From NCBI GenBank assembly GCA_001662655.1, contig KV460219.1: a DNA stretch of 64,000 nt; one strand, written 5' to 3'. The notes under the pieces were generated by a model. The model searched no databases and had not been told where the DNA came from. It worked only from the letters and a program-made list of their open reading frames with translations. The stretch is from Pseudogymnoascus verrucosus. Lineage: Eukaryota. Below are positions 12,896-25,172 of the stretch, piece by piece (the first letter of the stretch is position 1; the number at the start of each line of letters is the position of its first letter). The translations under genes were made by a program, and so were the position numbers.

Positions 12896-14031
12896 ATTGG
12901 CAACATGTAATGTGGTATGAAACTTCAAAAACGTGTCGATGTTCAGAGAGGGATTTAATTTAAGATGCCGATGACTGAAAGAGACCAGGGCAGCCTTTTA
13001 TCTTCAATCCCCAAAGACATGCACGGCGAAAAGCCCGTTCTGTTTCACGATGGAGACAATAATTAGGGTGCTGTACCCATCTCGCTCCGACATAGAGCGA
13101 ATCAGCATCGAGGTGGACCCTTATGGCCTGAGTTTAGTTAGCCCGAGTTTTGGCCCCTTTTCGCCCCACATGACCTCCTGAAGTCGTGGATGCTAGTATT
13201 GTTCCCCGCCACTTTAGTTGACTCGATTAGGCTGCCTAGTAAGATGAGGGGAAGATGGGAGGAAGATGGGGGAAGATGGGGGAAGATGGGGGGATGATGG
13301 GGAAAGATGGAGAGTAGTCGGTGTGGAGTTGGGAGTCGAGCTGTGACATAGGGGCCGACAAGGGTCATGTCGGACCGACATAGCGTTCGGCCTTATTTTG
13401 GTCCATTTTTGGTTGGTGTAACCGTTAGTGCCGATCTAAGACAGGGACAGAGTAACACCCCCGCCATCCGTCATAGAATTTCTCAACTAAACATGTGAAG
13501 CAAATAAACTTACACCATCTAGGTGGGATATTGACGCGATTGCCAAGCCAGTCCTAAGCCAGTCCTAAGCCGGTCTGCCATAGTCGCATGGCTGGACACG
13601 CATGCATCTCATGGGTGTCCAGCCGTGTTCTCGTTGGAATACACTAAGCGACCCACTATGGGGTATTGGCAGAAAATGCGGGGGACTCAGGGTAATGAGA
13701 TTCCGAGAGCAGCCATGGGGTCATGGCCAGGGATGGAATTATGGTAAATGATAAAATCATCCGTAGGAACACAGCCTCTGATTCGTTGATTCTCGGGCCG
13801 CGTCGACTTTCCTCTGAATTTTGCGTCAACACCATGTTTCCAGGCATGAGCATGTTCTCCATAGACTTAATATATAAAAGTAGATATGTCCCATCGCATT
13901 CATATCTTAACAAGCACTTCAACTCTTCTGAACCATTAGCCACATATTGGATCTCCGGAATTGGCCTAAGAAAACTTCACACTTACCTCTCTTCTTTTCG
14001 AACGGCAGCTCCCTTGAGCTGGACTCGCACA
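12896..14031. promoter_or_regulatory. Shared divergent promoter of maltase and permease
   Basis: Head-to-head genes. TATA-like TATATAAAA near 13871, several SYGGRG (CreA-type) matches (about 13165, 13204, 13459, 13678) and paired CGG/CCG triplets (about 13024-13037, 13087-13100). Confidence 0.5.
13248..13310. repeat. Degenerate 10-bp tandem repeat (GGGGAAGATG)n
   Basis: About 6 imperfect copies visible directly. Confidence 0.8.
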
Positions 14032-15729
14032 ATGGCTTCTCAAGACAACAATGTCTCTGAGAAGGCCGTCGTCACACTTGACGAAGGTCAATTACGCCGT
14101 ATGTCTATCAGTAAAGCCGACTACAGCCATATCGCCAATGATGCGGCCAAGGCTGCCAAAGCAGAAACGACGATGACTCTCCGACAAGGACTGAAGATTT
14201 ACCCTTATGCGGTCTTCTGGTCTATCCTTTTGTCAACCTGCATCGTTATGGAAGGTTTCGACAAAACTCTCCTCAACAACCTCTATGCATACCCGCCATT
14301 CCAGAAGAAGTTTGGTGTCCTGCTCGCCAATGGAACTTATGAGCTGACGGTCGCGTGGCAAACGGGTCTGTCCAATGCCGCTTTGGTCGGTGAGATCCTC
14401 GGCCTCCTGCTCAACGGTATCGCTGCAGAAAGGTTTGGATACAGGAAGACTATCATCACCGCCATGGTTATGGTTACTGCCTTTATTTTCATCGTCTTCT
14501 TTGCCGAGAACGTCATCACAATCCTCGTCGGCCAGGTCCTTCTCGGTGTTCCGTGGGGTATCTTCCAGACTATTACGACCACGTACGCCGCAGAGGTTTG
14601 CCCAGTCGCGTTGCGAGGTTACCTGACTACGTATATCAACCTCTGCTGGGTCATGGGTCAATTAATCGCTTCTGGTGTTCTCCGCGGTATGCTCACCCGT
14701 GACGACAAGTGGGGATACAAGATCCCATTCGCCTTCCAGTGGATATGGCCAGTCCCAATCATCATCGGTGTTATCTTTGCTCCGGAATCTCCATGGTGGC
14801 TCATTCGACGTGAGCGCACAGATGAGGCCAGGAAGGTACTGGTCCGCCTTACCTCAAAGGATCCCAACTTCAACGCCGATGAGACTATTGCTATGATGGA
14901 GCACACCAACGCCATGGAGAAGGCCCACAACGCTGGCACATCATACTTAGACTGCTTCAAGGGCACCAACCTTAGGCGCACTGAAATTGTTTGCTTTACG
15001 TGGGCAGTCCAGACTCTTTGCGGCAGCACGTTCATGGGATTTTCAACCTACTTCTACCGCCAGGCTGGTCTTGGTGTCGAGCACGCATTTACAATGAGTT
15101 TAGCCCAGTACGCTCTTGGTGCGATAGGGACCATCTTCTCCTGGATTTTGATGAGCTGGTTCGGTAGACGCACTCTCTATCTTTGGGGTCAGTTTCTCAT
15201 GTGTGCTTTTCTGTTCATCATCGGCTGCCTCGGAATCATATCTCGCGAAAACATTGGGGCGCAGTGGGCCATCGGGTCCATGCTTCTCATTTACACCTTC
15301 ATATATGATGCTACCATCGGACCAGTCTGCTACTCGCTCGTCGCCGAGCTCTCCTCCAACCGTCTGCGTGCTAAGACGGTCGTCCTTGCCCGTATCCTCT
15401 ACAACATCACCGGCCTCGCCACCAACATCATCACTCCTCGCATGTTGAACCCAACCGCCTGGAATTGGGGTGCAAAAGCTGGATACTTCTGGGCTGGTTC
15501 CTGCCTTCTCTGTACGCTCTGGACTTACTTCCGTCTTCCAGAACCGGCCGGTCGCACGTACGGAGAGCTGGATGTCCTTTTTGAACAGAAGGTCTCGGCT
15601 CGCAAGTTCAAGAGCACTCTCGCTGATCCATTCCTTGCCTTGCAGGCTGAAAGAGAAGCCTACGGTCTGGAGTCTGATGTCGAAGCGGAGAAAGTGGGTC
15701 CTACCGTCGAGAGGGTTGAGCGTGCTTGA
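14032..15729 (+). CDS. Maltose/alpha-glucoside permease (MFS sugar porter)
   Basis: STCIVMEGFD, YAAEVCPVALRGYLTTYINLCW, PESPWWL, NLRRTEI and RLPEPAGRTYGELDVLFEQKVSARKF are MAL permease hallmarks. ATG in good context at 14032. Confidence 0.95.
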   Translation: MASQDNNVSEKAVVTLDEGQLRRMSISKADYSHIANDAAKAAKAETTMTLRQGLKIYPYAVFWSILLSTCIVMEGFDKTLLNNLYAYPPFQKKFGVLLANGTYELTVAWQTGLSNAALVGEILGLLLNGIAAERFGYRKTIITAMVMVTAFIFIVFFAENVITILVGQVLLGVPWGIFQTITTTYAAEVCPVALRGYLTTYINLCWVMGQLIASGVLRGMLTRDDKWGYKIPFAFQWIWPVPIIIGVIFAPESPWWLIRRERTDEARKVLVRLTSKDPNFNADETIAMMEHTNAMEKAHNAGTSYLDCFKGTNLRRTEIVCFTWAVQTLCGSTFMGFSTYFYRQAGLGVEHAFTMSLAQYALGAIGTIFSWILMSWFGRRTLYLWGQFLMCAFLFIIGCLGIISRENIGAQWAIGSMLLIYTFIYDATIGPVCYSLVAELSSNRLRAKTVVLARILYNITGLATNIITPRMLNPTAWNWGAKAGYFWAGSCLLCTLWTYFRLPEPAGRTYGELDVLFEQKVSARKFKSTLADPFLALQAEREAYGLESDVEAEKVGPTVERVERA

Positions 15730-16152
15730 GATAATTTTAACGGAGCTGGCGCGTGTTAGAGACTAGTGTGTGTTGAGAGTTATGCAATTATGGAATGCAA
15801 CCTTCCTTGGAAATCGTTTCGTACAATAGGCTATACTAAATATCTTCTTCAAATAATCTTATTCTACCCTGATTCCGCATAATGCATGACTATTGCTAGC
15901 ACAATAGATCTAGCAAGTGTTAGATATCAGTGACACAGTAGAATTCAACTTTCGCAGACAATCTTGATTTACAATATCTTCATCTTGCCATCTAAGAAAG
16001 CGGAGGAACAAACAAATTCATAGGTGATGTAGTCGACTATATTCGCAAATGTTAGATTCGGTCGCGCGATATGCTGTGATGCTATGATAGTTGCTAAGGC
16101 AGAAGAGCTGCGCATAGTAATGACTCGTAAGCTAATCGTAGTGTAAGCTGAC

Positions 16153-16290
16153 CTGCTCTACCTGCTCAACAACATCCCTCTCATCTTGTAGCTCCTGCGC
16201 CTGCTGTTGACTAACTGATCCCACTTGCTGTAGTCGTGTTTTCCTAGCCCTCCTACGCTTACTTAGTACTTCATTTGCCTGTCGTAGGTT
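16153..16290 (-). mobile_element. Fragment of a pogo/Fot1-family transposase C-terminus
   Basis: Minus-strand translation NLRQANEVLSKRRRARKTRLQQVGSVSQQQAQELQDERDVVEQVEQ resembles the ANExLSKRRRAKKTR tail of fungal Fot1-like transposases. No TIRs or DDE domain seen. Confidence 0.7.
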
Positions 16291-16430
16291 TTAGTAGAAC
16301 GAGCAGACTGAGATCAAGGAACTCTTCCAAATCACTTGGCAGTCTCTGTATAATTGAGAAAGACCTTGGCGCGCCAAAGCAATGAAATCACTATTAAAAG
16401 GGTAGATATAGAGGCTAGCTAGTATAGTCA

Positions 16431-17376
16431 TTACCACGGAGCAATAGCTCCATCGTACTGGTTATTTCCTGCATTCTTCTCCCAACCCTTAACCAGAACC
16501 TTTGGCATCAGCCCATTGTACTTCTGCCCTGGTGTAAAGATAATATCCAACGAAGCCTTTGCACCTTGCTCGGCTGTCAAGTCGGCCATGTTGCCACCAC
16601 CGAGATCGGTTTTCATCCACTAAGACGGCAGTCTCTTAGTATTATTCGACATTGTAGAGGGAAGAGAGAAGGGGTACGTACGCCAGGGCACAGGGCGATG
16701 AAGCTAAATCCTTCTTTTTCATGGTCGAGAGCGTATTGGACGGTGAGGGCATTCATTGCCGCTTTCGATATCTTGTAGGCTGGGGCGGGGAGGTAATGGG
16801 CTGCAGGAGCTAGAGTAGTAGAGCCGAGGGTGGTAGAGCTTGGTCCAGTTAGAAACTAAAATGGTATTGATAAAGGAGTGATTATTCATCTTACATATTA
16901 GCAACCTTTTTGAGGCTGCCCTTCCGTAGAAGTGGAAGGAAAGCTTGGGTCACCCAGTGGACGCCGAGGACATTGATGGCAAAGCTTTCCTCGAGATTAT
17001 CCCTTGAAGAGCTTTAAGTTAGCAGACCGGGGTAAATTTACCAGCAAAGAAAGTGATAAAATGCGTACATAGACTTCACTCCGTCAGCAGCATATTGGCA
17101 GACGCCAGCATTGTTGATCAAAACGTCCAGCCCCTTGCCATCTAGTTTCGCATCGACTTCGGCTGCTGCTAGCTTGATGGACTCTGGGTGGGTTACGTCA
17201 AGCTTGACAACGACAACCCGACCAGAAGAGCTCTTCGCAAGCTCATCTAAGTCGGGGGAATCTCCCCGCGCTGACGCGAAGACCTTGCTAACGTCTGTGT
17301 CAGGGAGAGAAACAAGCTCGCGGGCAAGTGCTAGACCGAATCCTCTCGAGGCACCGGTAATGAGGAAAGAAGCCAT
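16431..17376 (-). CDS. Short-chain dehydrogenase/reductase (C-factor-like), 4 exons
   Basis: ITGASRGFG, LINNAG, spliced ISTTLGS and YKISK (YxxxK), and CPG|WMKTDLGG. Introns at about 17068-17003, 16894-16839 and 16681-16620. Confidence 0.9.
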
Positions 17377-18324
17377 TGTGATTGAGAATATGCCGTAAAG
17401 TAACGATAGGCGTCTTAGACTAAACAGTGAAAACTGCGGGGTGAGGTAGTAGGAGGGTAATTCAGCGTCAGAGATGACCGATATTACGTTCTTTATAGTA
17501 ATTATAGAGAGCTCCTCCTGTCTCTCCAGGCTCCGTTTACAGGGGGTGATTTTGTAAGAGACAGTCCATTTGTAAGTCAGGCTTCAGTATTTACGCGAAG
17601 AGGAATTTATAAGCCTGCGCCGGTTGAGATAACATAAGCAATACTTTAAGATGTGATTGCAGAGATCTGCTGGGAATAGCATTAATAAGATTTGTTGGCC
17701 GAAGTCTTTGGGCAGGCATGTTGTTGGAACTTCCAGAAGTAGTAAAGTCGTATGTATAGTACGGACATAGCTGTTAAATCCGCTTGCGTTTCCCAGTGCA
17801 AGGCCCGCGTTCTGATCATGACAAACCAGACTGTATTGCATCCTCTTAACATATCGTGGTAACTCTTGTCTTCCAACTTCTATAGCTCTAGTCTTACTTG
17901 CCAGAAATTTGAAGGCTGCCGTCTCATCATGGACAATATGCCTTCAGCCTCAGGTCCGGCCGGGCCATCTTCCCGCCGAGGTTACGAAACCTACCAACAA
18001 CACATCAATGCATTTCCAGGGATCATGCACATTCATTGATAATACGCGCGTCTTAGGGGAGAGTATATAGAACCTCATTGGTCCATTTGCGCCTGCTGCT
18101 CTATTACTGTCAGCGTTGTCCTACCCCAACTGACATTACCCATACTCACACCTGCATTCCTGCATTATCTTACACTTTCCTGCTTCCCCAATTCTTAATA
18201 TATCTTCAATTCCCCCAATTCAAAATTCCATCTAGATAGCCCTTCCTTTCTGCCAAACCTCATCTAATACTACAGATTAAATCAACCATTCTCGCATCTC
18301 TCATCCTGTATTAAGAGCAGAACA

Positions 18325-19321
18325 ATGAGCACCGAGCTCCCACCAACCCCGCCATGTCTTGCCTGGAACCACAGAATCCCCAACCCATTCGGGTACCAAC
18401 CATCACTTCCAGCAGCCATCATCTTTTCCACAATCTTCCTCGGCGTATTGGTCACACATAGCTACCAAGCCTATCATTTCCGAAAGCTCTGGCTCATCAC
18501 ATTTGTGCTAGGTACCCTCGGCGAGCTGTCGGGTTGGGTGTCGCGCATTGGTTCCCATGCATGTCCTTACTCAGTTCAGTCGTTCGAAGCCCAGCTTGCA
18601 TCCCTGATTATGGGTAAGTCTCTTAATAAGAAAAACTCGACGACATCCCCATTTAATTTCAAACCCAGCTCCTGCCTTCACGACTGCTGGAATTTATTCT
18701 ATCTTAGCTCTGATGATCCCAGTCATTGGCTACAACACATCACCTCTGAAACCCAGGCTCTACTTGATTATCTTTCTGACCGTGGATTTCTTCTCTCTGC
18801 TCCTGCAGGGTATTGGTGGTGGTATGGCTGGCGCTGCCTTTAGCAAAAAACAGGATACGACGACGGCTACTACTATTATGGTCACTGGCATAATCTTCCA
18901 ACTAGGCTCGACTTGTGTGTTTGCGACTCTCTACGAGCTCGTGCTTTACCGCGGTAGGAACGTGCTTCTGAGGAACCGACCTCTGCTGATATTGTCGTCT
19001 GCGACCCTCCTGTCGGTGACTTGCATGGTGATACGTGGCATATACCGGTCTATGGAGCTACTCCAGGGTTGGAGAGGCTATGTGGCAACAAACGAGAGAT
19101 TTGCAATTGCCTTGGAAGGGAGCTTGATGGCTATCTCCCTTGTTAGCTTCAATTTCTTCAACCCTGAGCGATTAATCAGGGAGGCAAGGGTGGTTGCTGC
19201 TGAGAATGAGAATCAGGGTTTTTTGACGATGGAACTCGATAGAAGAGACAAAGCCCGGAAGTCGAGAGGTGACACAACGGGCGTGGTTGGAGAAGTCGGT
19301 GGTATAGACGAACTTAGTTGA
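18325..19321 (+). CDS. RTA1-like (lipid-translocating exporter family) membrane protein, 2 exons
   Basis: FGYQPSLPAA, GELSGWVSR, SLLLQGIGGG and IRGIYRSMELLQGW. Intron 18614-18668 joins the two ORFs (MAPAFTTAGIY). Confidence 0.9.
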
Positions 19322-19414
19322 CGGGCCGAGCTCTCGGATGTGAGAAGCCAGAGCAGACCGAGGATCAAGGAACCCCTGTGTATAATTTTGTAAGAAAAAC
19401 TACCATCGGTTTTG

Positions 19415-21095
19415 TTACACACTACCAAAAGCCATCCCCTTAGGAATCTCCTTCCACTGCCCCGTCTTCATATCCAGCAGTTCCTTCGCCTCCTCCCACT
19501 CCCTCTCCACCATTGCCGCCCTCTCCTTACTTGTCGGCACAATATCGCACACAAACTCCTCAGGCATGCACACGAACCCCTGTGTCAGCCTCTCCGCATC
19601 TGGCAGGACATCATTCCCCGCCGCATCCTTCCTTGGTCTGATCTCAAACGCCCACAGAATCCGTGATATCGCGATGAACAGACTGCGCTCAGCGACATGG
19701 ATACCAGGACAGATGCGACGCCCAGCGCCAAAGGTGAATTGATCGCGCTTGGACGCGTCGGGGTTTGCGGCCGATTCGCCGAGAGATTGGAAATCCTCGG
19801 CGTACCGCTCTGGTTGGAACTGTCGGGGGTTTGGGAACCGAACGGGGTCCATGTTGATGGTGTAGACGTTATTCATAACACCTGCTCCGGCGGGTATCGT
19901 GTAGCCCTGGTAAATATCGTCCTTTGTGACGGCATGTGGTACCGCTCCGAGGATGGTGGTTGGCATCCAGCGGAGAGACTCCTTCATGATACCGCGGATG
20001 TACTGGAGGTCTTTCTCATCCTCCATAGTAGGAAGGCGATTGGGCCCAACGACCTTCTCGATCTCGGCCTTCGCTTTCCTCTGGACTTCTGGGAAGAGGA
20101 GCATGGCTTGCACGAAGGCGTAGATGGTTGAAGAGGTCGTGTCTGAGCCGGCCTCGAGGACAGTGCCGGATATGTAGCCAGCTTGGTTGTCTGAAAATCC
20201 CTCGTTGGCTTGGGAGCGAGCGAGGTCGACGCAGAAGCATGGCTTGGCTGAGCCATCTTTGATGGTTTGCTTGGCCTTCAGCCAATGCCCAACGTATAGC
20301 TCTTTCTCAATACGGTGTAGCTCGCGAGCCTTAGCTTGCGCTGTGAGGATAAACTCAGGGAGGTAGCGCAGAATGGGATAGTAGTCAATGATGGCTGCAG
20401 TGCCTGTTTGGTTGAGTACGGCAAACTTCTCGAAGCCTGAGAAGAGCTGTTGCAGCTTTGGGTCTTCATGAGAAGGGGTGCGCCAGCCGAAAGTCATCGC
20501 TGTTGTTAGGGAGTTGGAGTAGCGGCGGATTGCTTGCAGAACATTTTGAGGCTCGTGCAGGATCTCATGAAGCATTTGCTTGTTCTCGAGCATTTGGTAC
20601 GGGACGTAAGAGCGGGCGGAAGAGACGTTGAGGAGGTTGTGGGTGAGCTTGCGGCTCATGCGCCATGTTGGTCCGTATTTCTGGGTTGCGTTAATTATTA
20701 GTAGAGATTAGCATAGAGAGAGGATATACCATCATCAATACACGGAGCCCGCCAGAGCATAACTCCTGTCCAATGTACATGTCCTGACGATCACTGTAAA
20801 TGGCACTCTTCTTGTCCAAGAGATCCTTAACGGCCTGATCACTCGACAGGACGATCAAAGTCTTCGTTCCTAGGATCAAACTGTACACCGGACCATACTC
20901 CTTCGCCCATTTTTGGAACTGGAGGTGAGCATCACGTTTTGGCATTAAATGCAGATTACCAAGAATTGGGATTGTCGGTGGTCCTGGGGGGTAATTCGAA
21001 GGTCTTCTTCCAATGCGCAGGATGCGAACGAGGGAGACGACAAAGATGATGGCCGAAGTCACTAGCGTTAATGATGAATAGGTGAACAACGCCAT
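19415..21095 (-). CDS. Cytochrome P450, 2 exons
   Basis: N-terminal TM plus PPGPPTIPILGN, AGSDTT, ESLR, PERY and heme motif FGAGRRICPG. Intron 20729-20681. Confidence 0.95.
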
Positions 21096-21843
21096 GATGA
21101 TTATATAAAGCTCTCTTGAGCGGCAGAGGAACCAAGAGGAAAATAACCTGGGAAGGTAAGAGGTGAGTAGGAAATTCGCTACGGGGGAACTAGAGATTTA
21201 TATATGAGAATCTCTCTAGCCAGTAAGGATAGGGATATATGCCCCCAGAATACTTAGGTTATAGATTGAGGAAAGGAAAAATGCTAGGGAAAGGCAGGTA
21301 TATCGATTATTCTGTAGGATGTAGAAGAGGGGCCATGATGCGGGGAACGCTTAAAAAAAATGCGGAGTATGCATTAAAAGTGCGGAGAGAAAATGGGGAA
21401 TTCATCGATCATCATCGGCATTATGGAGAAGTTGATTGGTCCAGGCTGATTCTCGCCCATACTAGTGCAGATAATACTGCCGTTCTATCTGCCACCATTT
21501 GACGATCACTCGTCCCGAAAGCTCGGGCCAACCCCTAAACCTGGTTACCCCGCAAAGATCGCTGTTCCAACGTACTTTCTGCCAATCACTACAGTACACA
21601 TGCCGATTTCTTAGAACCCAAGAAACAAAGACCGATCTATCTTGGCTAGTTGTAAGAAATTGCTCTAATCAAGATTGGCTTGTCTCTGTAATATGAAGTC
21701 GTAGTGCCGTGGATGTCTACCGGAGAACTCGGCGAGTTATACGTTGGCTAACGGGGAAAAGATAAATAGACAAAGAGACGAAAAAATACGAAAGGAGTAT
21801 CCCAATTGAAATACCAGGACAATACTTTATATTCCCCATCGCA

Positions 21844-23196
21844 ATGCTTACCGACGCTCTCGTGGTGTCTAAGCCAGGGGCACCATTTAAGTTTCAGAAG
21901 ATTGAGGTGAATGACAATCTCCGCGACAATGAGGTCTTGATTAGAATGAAAGCCACCGGCGTCTGCCACACAGACCTGAATTTCAGCAACGAAACTAGCA
22001 TCCCAGGGTTGTTTCCTGCTGTATTTGGCCATGAAGGTAGACCGTTTTACTCTTTATATGAATTCTTATTTCCCCAAAGTGATTGTGTTTGCCCACATAA
22101 TATATGGCAGCTATATGTAGGGCACACAGACCTGCATCGTTGTCCACCGACTTTGTTCTCTATTTCCTTAATCATCACTACTTGTCTCAGCTAACACCTA
22201 CCTTAGGAGCCGGAACGGTCATCTCCATTGGCTCCTCCGTCACCACCCTATCCCCCGGCGACAACGTCCTCACCTCATACACATCCTGCGGCGCCTGCAC
22301 CAACTGCTCCTCCCGCCACACCTCCTTCTGCCGAGACTGGGAGCGTGACAACTTCGGCGTCGGCCGCTCCGACGGCTCAAAAGCCTACTCCTCCACCTCC
22401 GGCGAGGCAGTCACATCCCACTTCTTCGGCCAAAGCAGTTTCTCCAGCCACGCCGTCGTGACGGAGCGCAGCATCATCAAAGTCCCATCCGACGCCCCCC
22501 TCCAGCTCTTAGCACCGCTAGGATGCGGAATCATGACCGGCGCGGGCGCGATGCTGAATGTCGTCAAGCCGACCTCGACCTCGATCGTTGCGGTCGTCGG
22601 CGCTGGTGCGGTGGGATTAGCCGCCATCATGGCGCTGAAGTTGAATAAAGAGGAGCAGCCGAAAATGGTCATTGCTGTTGATCTCATCCAGGCGAGGCTG
22701 GATATGGCGAGGAAGTACGGCGCGACGCATGTTATCAACTCGGCTGAGGTCAAGGATCTAAAAGCTGCGTTGCTGGAACTCACGGATGGAGAGGGTGTAA
22801 GTGGGTCGATCGATTGTACGGGGCGGGCGGATGTGGTTAATACGCTTATGGAGGCGACGGCGAAGAGGGGTACGGTTGTTAGTGTTGGTGTTGGGAAGGT
22901 GAGATGCTTATTACCCTAACCCGTGAGCCTTGATCACACTGCTGACTTTCGATGAGCTTGACGCCACCGTGTCGGCGAATATCTTCAACACGGTTAACTC
23001 GGGGCGCATCTATACCGGCTGCTGTATGGGTAGCTGCTACCCGCAAGAGTTTATCCCGATGCTTGTTGAGGCGTGGAAGCGGGGGGATTTTCCATTTACG
23101 GAGTTGATCAAGACTTATCCGGCAGAGGAGATGGATAAGGCTGTTGAGGCGGTCCTTGATGGATCTGTGGTGAAGGCTGTTTTGACTTGGGAGTAG
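21844..23196 (+). CDS. Zn-dependent medium-chain (aryl/benzyl) alcohol dehydrogenase, 3 exons
   Basis: GVCHTD, GHE|GAG, CGACTNC..C, HFFGQSSFS, LGCGIMTGAG and GAGAVG. Introns 22037-22206 and 22899-22956. Confidence 0.9.
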
Positions 23197-24501
23197 GCGG
23201 AGCATATATAAACAGTGGAATGTCATACATGGCACAGCAGACAGGGTGCCCAGGTGGTGTAGTTAAACAAAAGTAGCTTCAGCTTTAGAACCACTCACGC
23301 GATACAACAACTAGTTATCAAGTTTCCATCAACGGGAACCTCAATTGATTGACGATGTCCAAGCTCCTCTTATACCTCTCGAGGAGCTTGGGGATATATA
23401 CAGAGGAGATGCGTGAATTGACGGACGTAACCCCTCGATGGGATAGGGATAGATAGGGATGGGTCACCCCGCCATCGACGGCTTGGTTCAACGACAATCC
23501 ATTCCCAACTTCACATTGGGTAATAGTAGGATGCCTCTCTACTAAACGTCTAAGTTAGGAAGGCGCGAATGACACAACCTGTCCATCGCGCCTTTCCAGT
23601 TACCCAAAAACCTCAAGTCCCCTCGTCTCTTTTCCGTGTTCAAAGTTGTCTCATCCTGCCACCATCTCCGGCAGCGATGCCCAATTCTCTTTCGTCCATG
23701 GTTGTATGTGACAATCATGCGTGTGCTGGGGACTAAATATAACTGCTGACTGCTCTTATGCTGGCCCAGGGCGAGAACTGAAAAACATACATGCATCTTC
23801 CCATCTCTTATCTCCCCACCTTCCCCATCGCGGGGATCGGCTATCTCATCTTCTATCTCGCCCCGCCTTATGCAATGGGAGATAACGTCGCACACACAAT
23901 AGCGGCGACATGTCCCCAGATTCTCCGCGCATTCCGCTTATCTATCTATGTACACCCTGTCACTACGGATAGCGAACGTTCGCGCCGGGAGCTGTGCAGT
24001 TGAGGGCTGGGGAATGGGTCTTGTGAGGTCGGGGTGGCGGGGGGATGGGTTTGTAGGGCTGTGGTGGCTGATAAGAGGCTTGATGATCGCCCGTCTTGCC
24101 GTTCTTGCCCGGATTCTGTGTCGCGCCGAGGTGAGTGTAGAAGGTGCCCTAGAGTTGTACTTGTTGGGTCTGCGATTTGTTTTGCAGCACAACGACTATG
24201 CAGGCCTGACAGTTACATATGCGCCAGTTGATGATGAGTCAAACATGAGTCCCCAAAGTTCGAATGTGAATGCATCTGAATCAATTGATTTTAGACGAGT
24301 TCTGGGAGAGCAAAACCTCTAATTCCAAAACTCTAAGCCCCATCTAGCCATTTTTTCTTTCCCATCGCTGTCACACAGCTATAGACAAGCAATTCCTCTA
24401 AACACCAAATCTCTGCATAGCAAAACAACCTCACCCAGCGCACTCGCACTCAAACGCCTCCAACTCCCCTCCCCCATCCTTGTACCTACAACTCCCTCCC
24501 C

Positions 24502-25172
24502 TTACTCCTCCCTACCCTTCCCCTTCCCAACCACAACCTCCATCTCCCCCCCCCCTTCCTCCTCCATCTCCATCCCCTCCCCCTCCTCCACCTCCTCCTC
24601 CTCCTCATCATACCTCGGCCACTCAACCCCCCACCCCTCCTCCCCCCTAACCCTAAACGCCACCACCCCCCCTTCCGCCACCCCAACACCCTTCATCCCC
24701 TCCCCCCCCTCCTCCGCCCAATCAATCTCCCTCCACCCCGCCGCGGGATCATACGCATCATTCGGGACCGCCAACTCTATCTCCTCCACCGACTTCGGTA
24801 GCGGTGTGAGAGTTTCCACCACCACCACCTCCATTTCATCGTCACCCTCACCATCCTCATCCTCATCCTCAGCGTCGCCGGTACCAGAGACCCCGGCGGC
24901 ACGGGAGGTGACCGGGTCGCGCCTGGTAGTGGTAGTCAAGATCGGCAAACCATGAGGATACCGCTCTTGCAGCGCGGAGAGGAGGTCTGCAACCAGCGTC
25001 GAGAGGGGGGTGATGGGGGAGGCGAGGAGGAGGATGGTGGTGCGGGCGTGTTTGAGGCGGAGGTAAGTTGATGGGGGGGTGGGTTTTTTGGGAGGCTGTG
25101 GAGGGGGATGTGTTAGTTGGTTGGTCTTTGCTATGGGGGAGGGGAGGGGGAGGGGAGTAAAGGTGGTACCAT
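24502..25172 (-). CDS. Hypothetical protein, 2 exons, first coding exon is ATG only
   Basis: AAAATG|GTACCA donor at 25169, ACTAAC branch site, CAG acceptor at 25096. Gives MPPKKPTPPSTYLRLKHARTTILLL and ends in an acidic tail. Confidence 0.7.

Noticed and set aside
13723..14031. 103-aa N-terminal extension of the permease ORF
   Set aside because: It spans the TATA-like element near 13871 and has no transporter character; ATG 14032 fits the family.
24644..24656. CCCTAACCCTAA telomere-like repeat
   Set aside because: Only two units, inside a G-rich coding region.
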